Shown in pieces: positions 19,875 through 30,876 of a stretch of 64,000 nt of DNA. Origin of the DNA: an uncultured candidatus Porisulfidus sp. (GTDB taxonomy: Bacteria; Pseudomonadota; Gammaproteobacteria; Poriferisulfidales; Poriferisulfidaceae); NCBI GenBank assembly GCA_965116025.1, contig OZ220480.1:1824001-1888000 (forward strand). The letters run 5' to 3'. The notes beneath the pieces are model-generated. The model did no database searches, was not told the DNA's origin, and saw only the letters and a list, made by a program, of their open reading frames with translations. Position 1 is the first letter of the stretch. Every line of letters begins with the position of its first letter. The translations under genes and the position numbers were made by a program.

Positions 19875-20723
19875 CTACTTTCCGTAGGGCGTCCGCGACA
19901 CGTCCAGCAAGCGTATCCTCCGGTCCTTGACCTTGATCACCGTGAACACGAGTCGCCCGACCTCGACTTTTTCCTCGATGGCGGGCAGATGACCCATCTT
20001 TTTCAGCACCATCCCCCCGACGGTCTCCTGACCGTCGGGATCCAGCGAGGACTTGAAGCGCTCGTTGAAGTCCGTGATCGGCATAGCGGCATTCACCTCA
20101 TAGTGCCCTTCCCCGACGGCGCGGACCAACGGCGATTCCATCTCCCGATCATGCTCGTCCTCAATCTCTCCGACGATCTCCTCCAACACGTCCTCGATCG
20201 TCACCAAGCCCGCGGCTTCCCCGTATTCGTTGATCACGATGCCCATATGAATCCGTTTGCGCTGGAAATCCCGTAACAACGCGCTGAGCCTTTTGCTTTC
20301 CGGAAACAAGTTCGGCGGCAGCATCATGTCCTTGATGGAGAATTCGGAACGCTCCGAATTCTCCACCCGAGTCAGCACGTCCTTGGCCAGCAAGATGCCC
20401 TCGACCATGCCCCGATCATCTCCCATTACCGGATAGCGGGAATGTCCATACCGTTTCACGTTCTCAATCACGTCCTCGCGGGAAGCGTCGGCCTGGATCA
20501 TCTTCATTTCGGAACGCGGAATCATGATGTCGGACGCCCGCAACCGCGAGATATTGAAAGCCCCCTCGAACATATTGCGCAAGCTTTCGCTGAGCGCGCC
20601 TCTTCCATAGAGTTCCCGAATCAAGGTCCGCGCCTCATCTTGGTTCTTCGGTAACAACCAAGGCCTTCTCCACATCCACCGCCGAATCCGAGAGCGAAAG
20701 CCTCTCCAAGGTCGCATGTTCAT
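19875..20723 (-). CDS. corC: CBS-domain Mg/Co homeostasis protein CorC (YbeX)
   Basis: IMIPRSEM, HSRYPV, GLVTIEDVLEEIVGEIEDEHD; sits between ybeY and lnt. Confidence 0.93.
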   Translation of the reverse strand: MNMRPWRGFRSRIRRWMWRRPWLLPKNQDEARTLIRELYGRGALSESLRNMFEGAFNISRLRASDIMIPRSEMKMIQADASREDVIENVKRYGHSRYPVMGDDRGMVEGILLAKDVLTRVENSERSEFSIKDMMLPPNLFPESKRLSALLRDFQRKRIHMGIVINEYGEAAGLVTIEDVLEEIVGEIEDEHDREMESPLVRAVGEGHYEVNAAMPITDFNERFKSSLDPDGQETVGGMVLKKMGHLPAIEEKVEVGRLVFTVIKVKDRRIRLLDVSRTPYGK

Positions 20724-21166
20724 TCGAGCTCGTAAGGATCCGGATACCCCAGACGCTCCATCACGGCGCGCTCCACGCTCTCCATGCTCGCGGCCGCGCG
20801 CGCCTCGCCATGGTCATGCCCCAGCAAATGCAGCAATCCGTGAATGGTCATGTGAGCGAACCTCGCCTCGGATTCCTGCCCGAACCGGCACGCCTCCCGA
20901 AACACCTCGGGCGCGCAGATCGCTATATCGCCCAAAAAGCCGAGATCGCGCTCACGCCAGTCCGCCGCGAAAGCCAAGACATTGGTCACGCCCAATTCGC
21001 CACGATAGCGCTCGTTGAGCGTCCCCATCTCCGTCTCGTCCACCACCCGAATGCATGCCGAAGATTCTCTCTGATGATCCACCGCTCCAGCCCAACGCCG
21101 GAACTGTTCTGTCGAAGGCACTCCGGAATGGCTAACCGCGCGCTGGACCTCCGCTCGAATAGCCAT
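20720..21166 (-). CDS. ybeY: rRNA maturation RNase YbeY
   Basis: LNERYRG, TNVLAF, HGLLHLLGHDH. Confidence 0.96.
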   Translation of the reverse strand: MAIRAEVQRAVSHSGVPSTEQFRRWAGAVDHQRESSACIRVVDETEMGTLNERYRGELGVTNVLAFAADWRERDLGFLGDIAICAPEVFREACRFGQESEARFAHMTIHGLLHLLGHDHGEARAAASMESVERAVMERLGYPDPYELE

Positions 21167-21167
21167 C

Positions 21168-22142
21168 TCACGTCCCGCGCGAATACGCCTTGATCACCTG
21201 CCGCACCAACGGGTGCCGGACGATGTCGCGCTCCGTGAAACGCACGCGCGCGATGCCCGGCAGATCGCCAAGGAGATTAAGCGCTTCCTCCAGCCCGGAG
21301 GGACCGTTCGCCGGCAAGTCGGACTGCGTCAGGTCACCGGTGATCACGGCGCGCGAGCCGAAGCCGAGCCGAGTCAGAAACATCTTCATCTGTCCGCGAG
21401 ACGCGTTCTGCGCCTCGTCCAGAATCACGAACGCATGTTTCAGGGTCCTCCCGCGCATGTACGCCAAAGGCGCGATCTCTATAAGATTGCTCTCCATCTT
21501 TCGCATCGCCCGTCCATGCCCCATCAACTCGTCCAGCGCGTCGTACATCGGGCGCAAATAAGGATCGATCTTCTGCGCCAGATCGCCAGGAAGGAATCCG
21601 AGCCGCTCGCCGGATTCCAGTACCGGGCGCACCAGAACGATCTTCTGCGCCAGATCCTGCTCCAACGCGTAGATCGCCTGCGCGATGGCCAGATGAGTCT
21701 TCCCGGTCCCGGCCGGGCCCACGCCGAACACCAAGTCGTGGTCCCGCAAAGCCGTGAGATAGCGCTTCTGTCCCTCGCCATAGGCGCGCAAGCGAGAATT
21801 GCGCAGCACCAGCTCCTCCGCCTTTCCCGACTCGGACCCCTCGCCATTCTCGGAGGTTGTTAGCAAAAACCGGCTGACGCTATCTTCCGAAAGATCCGCA
21901 TGCTCGGTTTGGCGGTAAAGCGCTCGCAAGGTGTCCGCCGCGCCCGTCATGGCCGCCTCCTCGCCCAGCAGCTGAAAGTCATGACCTCGATGCCGGACCT
22001 CAATGCCGAACCGCGCCTCCAGCTGGCGCAGGTGCACGTCCAATGGCCCGCAAAGACTGGCCAAGCGAGAGTTGTCCGCAGGCCGCAGAAGCAACTTCAG
22101 GATGCCGGCTTGGACGCTCAATGCGGTTGGCGCGCCGCCCAT
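21168..22142 (-). CDS. phoH: PhoH-like ATPase (YbeZ)
   Basis: [37 protein letters not shown]. Confidence 0.96.
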   Translation of the reverse strand: MGGAPTALSVQAGILKLLLRPADNSRLASLCGPLDVHLRQLEARFGIEVRHRGHDFQLLGEEAAMTGAADTLRALYRQTEHADLSEDSVSRFLLTTSENGEGSESGKAEELVLRNSRLRAYGEGQKRYLTALRDHDLVFGVGPAGTGKTHLAIAQAIYALEQDLAQKIVLVRPVLESGERLGFLPGDLAQKIDPYLRPMYDALDELMGHGRAMRKMESNLIEIAPLAYMRGRTLKHAFVILDEAQNASRGQMKMFLTRLGFGSRAVITGDLTQSDLPANGPSGLEEALNLLGDLPGIARVRFTERDIVRHPLVRQVIKAYSRGT

Positions 22143-23458
22143 TCTCCGCGCAGCGAGTGAGCGCGCGTCTCGGTGACGCGAACCGGTTGAAACGTGCCGA
22201 TCAGCTCTCGGCCGCCTTGGAAGTTGACAATCCGGTTGTCCGAGGCGCGCCCCGCCAGCTCCTCCGGGTCGCGTTTCGAAGGGCCTTCCACCAGAACCTG
22301 TTGAACGGTGTTGACGCGAGTTTTCGCTATCGCGCGCCCTTGCTCTTCTAACTGCTTCTGGAGTCGGGCCAAGCGGGATCTCTTATTCTGGACCGGCGTG
22401 TCGTCCGGAAGGCTCGAGGCGGGCGTGCCGGGGCGCGGGCTGTAGAGGAAACTGAAACTCTGATCGAGACCAACCTCTTCCGCCAAACGGCAGGTGCGCT
22501 CGAAGTCCTCGTCGGTCTCGCCAGGGAATCCAACGATGAAATCCGAAGAAATGGAAACGTCGGGCCGCGCGACCCTGAGCTCGCGGATGATGGACTTGTA
22601 CTCCAGCGCCGTATAGCCGCGTTTCATCGCGGCCAGAACACGGTCCGACCCGCTTTGGACCGGCAAATGCACATGCGCCGCCAACTCCTCGACTTCCGCA
22701 TGGACCCGAATCAGCGAAGCGGTGAATTCTCGCGGATGCGATGTCGTGTACCGCACTCGCTTGATACCGTCGACGGCCGAGACGTAGCGCAGCAGCAAGG
22801 CGAAATCGGCAGGCCGCCCGTCGTGCAGATCACCCCGCCAGGCATTGACGTTCTGTCCAAGCAGCGTGACTTCTCGCACGCCACGCTCCGCCAGCCCGGC
22901 GACCTCCCGGATGACGCTGTCGAGCGGCCGGCTGACTTCCTTCCCGCGAGTATAGGGCACCACGCAGAACGAGCAGTATTTGCCGCATCCCTCCATGATC
23001 GATACGAACGCCGAAGCGCCCTTCACCGAGGGTTCTGGAAGGTTGTCGAATTTCTCGACTTCCGGAAAGCTGACATCCAGCGCCCCGTCGCCCTCCTGAC
23101 GCGCCCGCGCGATCAGATCCGGCAAACGATGCAGGGTCTGAGGGCCGAAAACGATATCGACTTGCGGCGCACGCTCGCGCAGAGCTTCTCCCTCTTGACT
23201 CGCCACGCACCCCCCAACGCCGATCAGAACGTCGGGCCTCGACTTCTTATGCCGGGCGAGCCGGCCTAAACGGCTGAAGACTTTCTCCTGGGCCTTCTCG
23301 CGAACCGAGCAGGTGTTGAGCAACAACAAATCGGCCTCGGACTCGTCCGAAGTTTGGGTCATGCCCAACCGGTCCCGTAGCACGTCCCGCATTCTAGCGG
23401 AATCGTACTCGTTCATCTGGCACCCGTGGGTCTCGATGTAGACCTTGCCAGTCATCAC
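22118..23458 (-). CDS. miaB: tRNA-2-methylthio-N6-dimethylallyladenosine synthase
   Basis: [18 protein letters not shown], radical-SAM [12 protein letters not shown] domain. Confidence 0.97.
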   Translation of the reverse strand: MMTGKVYIETHGCQMNEYDSARMRDVLRDRLGMTQTSDESEADLLLLNTCSVREKAQEKVFSRLGRLARHKKSRPDVLIGVGGCVASQEGEALRERAPQVDIVFGPQTLHRLPDLIARARQEGDGALDVSFPEVEKFDNLPEPSVKGASAFVSIMEGCGKYCSFCVVPYTRGKEVSRPLDSVIREVAGLAERGVREVTLLGQNVNAWRGDLHDGRPADFALLLRYVSAVDGIKRVRYTTSHPREFTASLIRVHAEVEELAAHVHLPVQSGSDRVLAAMKRGYTALEYKSIIRELRVARPDVSISSDFIVGFPGETDEDFERTCRLAEEVGLDQSFSFLYSPRPGTPASSLPDDTPVQNKRSRLARLQKQLEEQGRAIAKTRVNTVQQVLVEGPSKRDPEELAGRASDNRIVNFQGGRELIGTFQPVRVTETRAHSLRGEWAARQPH

Positions 23459-23497
23459 CCCTTCCGCCAGCGCGGCGCGGGCTCTTCCCGCGGCGGC

Positions 23498-23977
23498 CTA
23501 GAACGGGATATCGTCATCGAAATCCGCGTCATCGCCCGCTGGGGCTCCTCCCGGTTTTGGAGCCTCGTTGCCAAATCGGGAACTTTCCGGCGCGTAGTTC
23601 CCTTGGTTGTCCGAGGCGTAGTTTCCACCGCCGCCACCGCCGCGCGACCCCAGCAACTGCATATCATTGGCGATGACCTCCGTGTTGTAGCGATTGTTCC
23701 CTTCTCGGTCCTGCCACTTCCGGGTTCGCAGTCTCCCTTCGATGTATACCTGCGACCCTTTCTTTAGGTATCGCTCGGCCACTTCCGCCATGCGCTTGAA
23801 CAGCACGATATTGTGCCATTCCGTCGTTTCCACCCGTTCATTGGTCGCGTTGTCTCGTCGCCAGTCATTGGTCGCGATTCGCATGTTGCAGACGCTGGAT
23901 CCGCTATTGGTCTGGCGGAGCTCGGGATCGGCCCCCAAGGTTCCCACCAGGATGACTTTATTGACTCCTCTCGACAT
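23498..23977 (-). CDS. ssb: Single-stranded DNA-binding protein
   Basis: [25 protein letters not shown]-terminal DFDDDIPF. Confidence 0.98.
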   Translation of the reverse strand: MSRGVNKVILVGTLGADPELRQTNSGSSVCNMRIATNDWRRDNATNERVETTEWHNIVLFKRMAEVAERYLKKGSQVYIEGRLRTRKWQDREGNNRYNTEVIANDMQLLGSRGGGGGGNYASDNQGNYAPESSRFGNEAPKPGGAPAGDDADFDDDIPF

Positions 23978-24098
23978 CTTTCATTCTCCAACTGTGATGC
24001 TTCCGTCTCGCTTCCGTGCGACTAAACTTGGCATTCTCCTGTTATTATTCAACGCACTACCGCATATTTCAAGAATGAACAAAAGTTCTGCAGTCGTC

Positions 24099-25280
24099 TT
24101 AGATGCGCCGTTCCTCCGACAATTCTAGCCCATTCAGAAGCAGAAGCCAAAACGCGCCGAAACCAGCCAAGACCAAATATAGCGACTCCGCGTCTCTCCA
24201 CTCCAAAAACGCCCCCGCGAGAATCCCTCCAAGAAAAGCTCCAAAAAACTGAGCCGTGGAAAACACGCCCAGCGCCATTCCCTTGAGATCCACCGGGCAC
24301 AGACGCGAAACCTGGGTCGGCAATTGCGCCTCCAAAAAATTGAACGCGATAAAAAATAGCAACGATACGCTACCCAAAAGAACGATATCATGCCGCGTGA
24401 AAATCAGCAAGACCTCGCAACCGAGCAAAACCAACGCGAAGGCGCGCATCCACCTCGAGACGCGACGTTGCGCCAAGCGAAGTACCGGAAAAAGAAACAG
24501 CGCGGAGGCTCCCAGAACGACCAAGTAAAACATGCTGTGACGCTCGACAGGAAAGCTCGCCATGTCCCGCATCGCCAGCGGCAACGACATGAAATTCGCG
24601 GTCAGCAACATGTGGATTACGGTCGCCCCCAAACTCAAGCGCAACAACCGAGAATCTCGCAACGTTTTTCCCACGTCGTTCCAGGCTCCCGTCGCCCGGC
24701 GAGGCAGATTCCGGCTCACCGGTATCAACGTCGCCACCAAGATCATAGCTAGCGCGGCCAGGCCCGCCACCATGACGAAAATTCCATCGACTCCAATTTT
24801 TCTGGCCAGCAACGGCCCGGCGACCAAGGACGCGATGAACGTCGTGCCGATCAACATTCCGACCATTCCCATCATGCGCGCGCGCACCCGCTCTCGACTC
24901 AGGTCGGCCACCCACGCGGTCAGGGCGGCGGAAATCGCGCCCGCGCCCTGCAACGCTCGACCGACGATCATCTGCTCGACGCTCGTCGCGGCGGCCGCCA
25001 CCAGACTCCCCGCCATGAACACGGCTAGCCCCAACAGCACGACGGCACGACGCCCGAATCGGTCCGACAACCATCCCATCGGCACCTGCAGCACCGCCTG
25101 CGTCAATCCATACACTCCTACCGCGATGCCAGCCAGCATCGGAGTCGAGTTTCGCAAGGTCTCCGCGTAGATGGCGAAAACAGGCAAGATTATGAACAGC
25201 CCCAGCATGCGCAAGGCATACACTCCGCCAAGAGTGCCCACCACCCTGCGCTCAAGCGCGTTCAACGAGGAATCGGTCAC
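24099..25280 (-). CDS. yajR: MFS transporter (YajR-like); start uncertain (GTG 25280 or ATG 25343)
   Basis: LRMLGLF, GWLSDRFGRR, RALQGAGAIS, FNFLEA; usual position upstream of ssb. Confidence 0.88.
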   Translation of the reverse strand: MTDSSLNALERRVVGTLGGVYALRMLGLFIILPVFAIYAETLRNSTPMLAGIAVGVYGLTQAVLQVPMGWLSDRFGRRAVVLLGLAVFMAGSLVAAAATSVEQMIVGRALQGAGAISAALTAWVADLSRERVRARMMGMVGMLIGTTFIASLVAGPLLARKIGVDGIFVMVAGLAALAMILVATLIPVSRNLPRRATGAWNDVGKTLRDSRLLRLSLGATVIHMLLTANFMSLPLAMRDMASFPVERHSMFYLVVLGASALFLFPVLRLAQRRVSRWMRAFALVLLGCEVLLIFTRHDIVLLGSVSLLFFIAFNFLEAQLPTQVSRLCPVDLKGMALGVFSTAQFFGAFLGGILAGAFLEWRDAESLYLVLAGFGAFWLLLLNGLELSEERRI

Positions 25281-25540
25281 GGAAAAGTCAAGCCCATCAA
25301 GAATTTCGTGCGCGTGGGCCTGACGCGGCAAAAGCGCGGCCATCCGTTATTTTATCCCGCCCTCCCTTATCCGCTTGACCTTATCCCTCCGCGCACGCCG
25401 GTGGATCTTGAACACGGCCCGAGCCCAGACGTAAGCTTCATCGGGAGAGAGATTTTGAATCTTGTCCGGCGATGGCCTGATTCGCTCAGGAGATCAACAA
25501 CACGCCGGATTACGGATAGTCGCCAATAATATCGTCTCTT

Positions 25541-28462
25541 TCATCGTAATGCCACAGCCTCATCAGGCCGCGTTTTTTTACCGCCATGCACGGACGGCTC
25601 GCGGCACCACTGCAACCTTAGTATTTCCAGCGATTCAAGAGTGCTTTCCGGCATACCGAGAATCCCGCACAGGAATCGGGCGTCAAGATCCTGACGAGCC
25701 TCATCCCGATAACATTCGTTCGCGGGAAGCAACGGCCTATCCTTGAAGTCCAAGAATAAACTCTTAACCTGATCGAACTGTTTCTTCGATAACGCCCCAC
25801 AATCCAGCGCGGGAATGTTTCCTATGGTCGTGACCGACAAGATGGCTCTTCCCGACTGTTGCCTCGTCGATATCCACCAGCGCCCTATCAAGCCAAGCGT
25901 CGTGTTCAGCCACAAACAAATCGCTTTTTCTCCTTTCTTCCCATAGAAAGACGCGAACGATGGCCAAGCCCTGCCACCAATCGCCTTCACCGACGTCATG
26001 CAAGCTCCCAGCGATTGCGCGTTGACCCCAAAGTCCCGATTGATATGAAGAAACGTCGCGCCGCTCACCTCGTTGTTTCCGCTCCAAAGATCCAGCGCGT
26101 CATCGCGATATTTTGGATCGAGAAGCTTTCCTTCCGAACATGGGTCGACGATCATGGCTCTCTCAAAATCTTTTTTATGCCGCCACAGTATTGGCCAACT
26201 AACAGATCTACACCGCTTCCGGTCTGGCAAACGCTCAACAGTGAAGCAACCTTGATAGTCAGCATCGATTTTCATATGGTACGGGCCTCGCGTTCCTTGC
26301 GTCGATAGACGGGAAAGTGGAATTTTCCACTCTTTCATTTGCGGAAGCACCAACCCCTGCCCATTGGTCAGCGAGGCCGCGCTATAGGCCACATCCGTAT
26401 TGGCGATTCCCTCTGGAGTTCCCGCACCACTAATGGGGAAAGGAGCCCGCGAGACCCATCCTACGGGCTGGTCACCAACCTTGATAATACCGTTGGTTTT
26501 CCGACTTAGGGAGCGAACGCACTCAATCGCCTCTACCGAATTTTCTGGACGTGAGCCCAAGGTCGCGAACGTCGCTTCATGCTCGTGGTCAGCGGAAACT
26601 GGCTCCTCGCGCTTCGTCGCCACGAACATCACCTCCGCCATGTTCGTAGAATCGGAAAATGACTGGTCTCGCGGTTTCGTGCCCGCCAAGGACACCACCA
26701 TGATGTTCGAATACAATAGGTGCAGGCATTCTCGAAACTTCTTCCAAGCCGAGCCAGAAACCGCCGTGGCAGGCAAAATCAGCGCGAGAACACCACCGGG
26801 CTTGAGCTTCAGGTTCGCCAAATCAAAGAAATTCGATCCTAGTCCCGCATGAGCGGAATTCGCGGAAGGGACTCTGGCCTTCTTGAATTGTTTGTAGAAT
26901 TTTTTCAGGACATCGCTCATATCCTTCTGGTCTCGCTCATCGTTGCCCATCCCAGCGAACGCCGGATTCGGGATTCCGCGTTTCTCCGCCTCTTGTCCAA
27001 CGGAACGGGTATATGGCGGATTCATGATTATCAAATCCATGGAAGACATTCCCACCTGAGCTTGTCGGATACCCTTCTCTTCGGTCGAGGACACCGCTCG
27101 CGAGCCATCTCCAAACAGCGTCGGAGTGAAATCGCTTACCAGCAATTCCAGCGACCCGACTCTGATGGCCTCCTTGCCATGCTCTTTCATTCGCCCATAC
27201 GGCATTAGCCATGTCCGCGCGCTCGTGTAGTCAACGTCTGGATGCTCGCCAGCCAATATGGCAGCGGTTAAATGGACAGCGGTGGGAACGATATCGCAAC
27301 CGAGAAGAACGCTCTCGATCATCCGCGAATGCAATTTCGCATCGTCTTTCCCGTAAGCTCGATAGCGCTCCGCCATCCGGCGATAAACGGAGACCAGCAA
27401 AGCTCCCGTACCGCATGCGAGATCTCCGATTCGCAGTTCGGAAATCGCGCTCGATTCGGACCAATCGACATCCAGCCTAGATACAGCCAGCTCCGAAAGT
27501 AGAGAAGCGGATGAGGGCAAAGTATAGTAGGTGGCCAGCAATTTTCTATCGCTAATCAACTGCCCGAACAACTTCCCAACCATCCCCTGCGCGTCAAAAG
27601 ATTTCGCGAACACGCGCGCGGCCGTCCTGTAAAGCCCAGCCAAAACTCTCGATATCATGCGCTGATCGCTGAACGACCTCAGCAACTCTTTCGCGATCCC
27701 GAAAATCGGATAATAGTTGATATCCAATATTCTCTTCCATTCCTCCAAGACATCGACTTGCGTCACGTCATCGTCATCAATCATCTGCCCCGGGTTGCGA
27801 ATGATTTCGTGATGTCGCGCCACATGTCCCTGAAAAACGATAGCGTTGAAAATAACGACCATCGCCATCAAGTTCGTTTGGTACCCTGCCGGCTGGTACA
27901 GAATCCCGCCTAGCATCTTCTCGTCCATCTCTCCCACTTGCTCCGCGGCCAAGCGGACGCAAGCTTGAATGCTATCCACCAAATCATCCGTGTCCATATA
28001 CTCCATACCCGCTCGATCCACGAAGGCCGAAAAATTCGCGAGCGAGCCAGAAATCCAACCTGCTTCGGGATAGCGCTGGCGACCTTTTTTATCACCTTTC
28101 CACGCCGCCCACTGAAAGTCTTGGGCGGTGCTAATCTCTTCATCCAACGCCGCGTCAGCGCATGTATCGAACCGGTCAGGAGTTTTCAGCCCCAGCACCA
28201 CTCTCACTAGCTCGCCGCTTTCCCATTTGTCTTCCAGCCCTCTCTTGCAGTCGCGCTCAAGCGTCGTTGATTTTTCGGCGTATTTGTTCTCAACGACAAT
28301 ACGTTCTCGGCCCGGCATTTCTACTATCAGATCGGGCTGCTTCCCACCATTTTCCAGCATGCCCGTGCGCTCGACCAAGACTGTTGATCGAGGGTGAAGC
28401 TTTCCAAGCGCCCTGCCAAGCGAGGCGTTAATCGCTTTCTCGTCACGATGACCTATAACCAC
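25541..28462 (-). CDS. Fused restriction endonuclease / N6-adenine methyltransferase (Type IIG/IIL-like)
   Basis: N-terminal PD-(D/E)xK (QPDLIV...VENKY), motif I GDLACGTG, motif IV NPPY, LKPGGVLALILP, C-terminal TRD-like region; lower GC than the flanks. Confidence 0.85.
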   Translation of the reverse strand: MVIGHRDEKAINASLGRALGKLHPRSTVLVERTGMLENGGKQPDLIVEMPGRERIVVENKYAEKSTTLERDCKRGLEDKWESGELVRVVLGLKTPDRFDTCADAALDEEISTAQDFQWAAWKGDKKGRQRYPEAGWISGSLANFSAFVDRAGMEYMDTDDLVDSIQACVRLAAEQVGEMDEKMLGGILYQPAGYQTNLMAMVVIFNAIVFQGHVARHHEIIRNPGQMIDDDDVTQVDVLEEWKRILDINYYPIFGIAKELLRSFSDQRMISRVLAGLYRTAARVFAKSFDAQGMVGKLFGQLISDRKLLATYYTLPSSASLLSELAVSRLDVDWSESSAISELRIGDLACGTGALLVSVYRRMAERYRAYGKDDAKLHSRMIESVLLGCDIVPTAVHLTAAILAGEHPDVDYTSARTWLMPYGRMKEHGKEAIRVGSLELLVSDFTPTLFGDGSRAVSSTEEKGIRQAQVGMSSMDLIIMNPPYTRSVGQEAEKRGIPNPAFAGMGNDERDQKDMSDVLKKFYKQFKKARVPSANSAHAGLGSNFFDLANLKLKPGGVLALILPATAVSGSAWKKFRECLHLLYSNIMVVSLAGTKPRDQSFSDSTNMAEVMFVATKREEPVSADHEHEATFATLGSRPENSVEAIECVRSLSRKTNGIIKVGDQPVGWVSRAPFPISGAGTPEGIANTDVAYSAASLTNGQGLVLPQMKEWKIPLSRLSTQGTRGPYHMKIDADYQGCFTVERLPDRKRCRSVSWPILWRHKKDFERAMIVDPCSEGKLLDPKYRDDALDLWSGNNEVSGATFLHINRDFGVNAQSLGACMTSVKAIGGRAWPSFASFYGKKGEKAICLWLNTTLGLIGRWWISTRQQSGRAILSVTTIGNIPALDCGALSKKQFDQVKSLFLDFKDRPLLPANECYRDEARQDLDARFLCGILGMPESTLESLEILRLQWCREPSVHGGKKTRPDEAVALR

Positions 28463-28657
28463 TTCGCTAACTCCTCACGGATGGTGTTGAATCGCCCCAA
28501 AATCATCGGGAGGCTAGCGCGCCACTTCGTTCGACATGGCTACCTTCCCCTCCATGACTATGGTATCACTTGCCCAACAAGCGCGCGTCAGCACCGGCCA
28601 ATTCAGTCCAATTTCCGGCTTTCGTCCGACTGAATTCGGTAGAAAACGAGCCGCGCG

Positions 28658-29338
28658 CTATCGGTAACGGGTAACGTCCGGTATTCCCGCCGCTTCGAAG
28701 CCCTCTCGGCGCAACCGGCAGGCCTCGCAATTCCCGCAAGCGCGTCCTTCCGAATCCGCCCGATAACACGAGACCGTCAACGAATAGTCGATACCCAAAC
28801 GCGTCCCGGCGCGAATGATCTCGGCTTTGCTGTGATCAATCAGTGGCGTTCGAATTCGGAATGGACGGCCTTCCACTCCGTCCCGAGTCGCCAGATTGGC
28901 CATTTTCTCGAACGCCGCGACGAACTCGCCTCTGCAGTCCGGATAGCCCGAGTAATCGATAGCGTTGACGCCGATGCAAATGTCATGGATGCCTCGCGCC
29001 TCGGCCAGAGCCAAGGCGACCGACAGAAGCACGGCGTTGCGAGCCGGCACGTACGTGGCCGGTATTCCTTCGTCCGCGCCTTCCGGCACGGCGATGTCCA
29101 AGTCGGTCAGCGCCGACGCTCCGAAGCGCGCCAAATCCAGCTCCATCTCCACCAGTTCGCTCTCCGTCTCTTGAGCCAGCCGCCGGGCCGCCCGCAGCTC
29201 CACCTCATGCCGCTGGCCGTACCATACGCTCAGGGCGACCACGCCAAAGCCATGAGCGCGGGCCCAGTAAAGGACCGTCGCCGAATCCATTCCGCCCGAG
29301 AGCAGCACGACGGCTGGCTTAGCGTCCTCGGACATCAC
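28658..29338 (-). CDS. queC: 7-cyano-7-deazaguanine synthase
   Basis: SGGMDS, YGQRH, TYVPARN, YPDCR, SCY...CGNCEAC. Confidence 0.97.
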   Translation of the reverse strand: MMSEDAKPAVVLLSGGMDSATVLYWARAHGFGVVALSVWYGQRHEVELRAARRLAQETESELVEMELDLARFGASALTDLDIAVPEGADEGIPATYVPARNAVLLSVALALAEARGIHDICIGVNAIDYSGYPDCRGEFVAAFEKMANLATRDGVEGRPFRIRTPLIDHSKAEIIRAGTRLGIDYSLTVSCYRADSEGRACGNCEACRLRREGFEAAGIPDVTRYR

Positions 29339-29975
29339 CCCACAAAGCCTTATGCAACTGAATCTGCAACCGCACCGGCAACGCGTCCGCCACGATCCAT
29401 TCTCCCAGCTCTCCAGCGTCTTGCCGTTGCCAAGAAGGCGAGAAATACACGTCGCAATCCCATTGGCGGTCCCGCACTTGGTCGCGGGCCCATTCGTAGT
29501 CCTCGCGCGAGCAAATCACGAACTTCACGAAATCTCCAGACTTGAGCCACCTCAGGTTGCTCCAGTCATTTCGTCGCTCCTCGCCGCTACCCGGGGTCTT
29601 GATATCCAGCGCCTTGGCCACCCGAGGGTCCACATCCACCACAGGCAGCGCCCCGCTGGTTTCCAAGATCACGCGATACCCGGCATCGCATAGCGCGCGA
29701 AGCAGTCCACCGCACGCGGGCTGCGCCAGCGGCTCGCCGCCGGTCACGCAAACGTCCTGAATCGGCCGTGCGGCGACGGCCCGCAGGATCTCTTCCAGGC
29801 TCATCCACTCGCCTCCACGAAACGCGTAGGCGGTGTCGCAGTATTCGCATCGCAACGGGCAACCCGTCAGACGAACGAACGCGCTCGGCCGTCCGCTAGC
29901 CGCCCCCTCGCCCTGAATGGAATGGAAGATTTCGGTCACGCGCAGCCGGGTCTCGCGCGCGTCCTTCTGGATCAT
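29319..29975 (-). CDS. queE: 7-carboxy-7-deazaguanine synthase
   Basis: [29 protein letters not shown]; start trimmed to MIQKD. Confidence 0.96.
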   Translation of the reverse strand: MIQKDARETRLRVTEIFHSIQGEGAASGRPSAFVRLTGCPLRCEYCDTAYAFRGGEWMSLEEILRAVAARPIQDVCVTGGEPLAQPACGGLLRALCDAGYRVILETSGALPVVDVDPRVAKALDIKTPGSGEERRNDWSNLRWLKSGDFVKFVICSREDYEWARDQVRDRQWDCDVYFSPSWQRQDAGELGEWIVADALPVRLQIQLHKALWGDVRGR

Positions 29976-29979
29976 CGCC

Positions 29980-30876
29980 TCAATTCTCTTGGCGCCGCAT
30001 CCGCTCCAGCCGCGCTCGCGCCAACCGAGCCAGATCGCTACCCGCGTTTTGGTCGCGCACATCGACCAAAATGGCTTCCGCCCGCTCGAAGTCGCCCAAC
30101 TCGAACCATGCGTAGCCGGTTTTCAGGCGCGCCACCTCCCGGCGCGGGCTGGCATCGTCCGAGATCACCTCACCAAAAACGGCGATCGCGTCTTGGAACC
30201 GTCCCTCCACGTACAACGCCTCGGCCAGCCAGTAGCGAGCTTCTCCCGCATCCTCGTGGGCTGGATATTTGGTCAGGAACTCCCGGAACACCTGGATTGC
30301 ATCGTAGAAATTCAGATTCCGAAACGCCTCTCGGCCCCGTTCATACAATTTCGCCGAGGGGTCGGAAAGGCTTGGCGTGAACGAAGCGCCGCCCACTTCG
30401 GATCGAGGCGGATCGTTCGGGAACGCGCTGGCCCGTTCGTTCTCGGATTCGAGGGATTCCTCACCCACAAGCGCGGAAGCGTCCACCTCCATATCCGCGG
30501 ACGAGCCTTCTCCGTCCAAGAGGTCCTCGAGTTCCGCGCGCAACGCTTGTTGCTCCGCTTCCAGGCGGGCCAAAGAATCGAGCAAGCGCATGGCTTCCGA
30601 GTCGTTTTCCACCGAGGGCTCTCTTTCCGTCTCCGTGAAATCGCTTCCTTGAGTCAGCGCGGAATTTCGCTGTACCCGAAACGTCTCGATTTCTTGTCGC
30701 AACGCCCTCTGGTCCTCTTCCACGCGCTCCAGAGTCTGGAGAATTCGGCCCAACCAAGGCGGTTCGGGGTCTGGCCCCGGGGACGTCTCTTGGGCGAAGG
30801 ATCCAGAGCCGCAAACGAGACCGGCCGCCAGAGCGAGCGCGCGCCCTTTTCCGCTCCGGCGGACGAAACCGCTCAC
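29980..30876 (-). CDS. cpoB: Cell division coordinator CpoB (YbgF)
   Basis: Signal peptide, coiled-coil segments, TPR domain (FLTKYP...ARYWLAE); directly after pal. Confidence 0.88.
   Translation of the reverse strand: MSGFVRRSGKGRALALAAGLVCGSGSFAQETSPGPDPEPPWLGRILQTLERVEEDQRALRQEIETFRVQRNSALTQGSDFTETEREPSVENDSEAMRLLDSLARLEAEQQALRAELEDLLDGEGSSADMEVDASALVGEESLESENERASAFPNDPPRSEVGGASFTPSLSDPSAKLYERGREAFRNLNFYDAIQVFREFLTKYPAHEDAGEARYWLAEALYVEGRFQDAIAVFGEVISDDASPRREVARLKTGYAWFELGDFERAEAILVDVRDQNAGSDLARLARARLERMRRQEN

Noticed and set aside
25350-25390. TTATCC repeats as DnaA boxes / replication origin
   Set aside because: None matches TTATCCACA in the last three bases; no AT-rich unwinding element or oriC-flanking genes.
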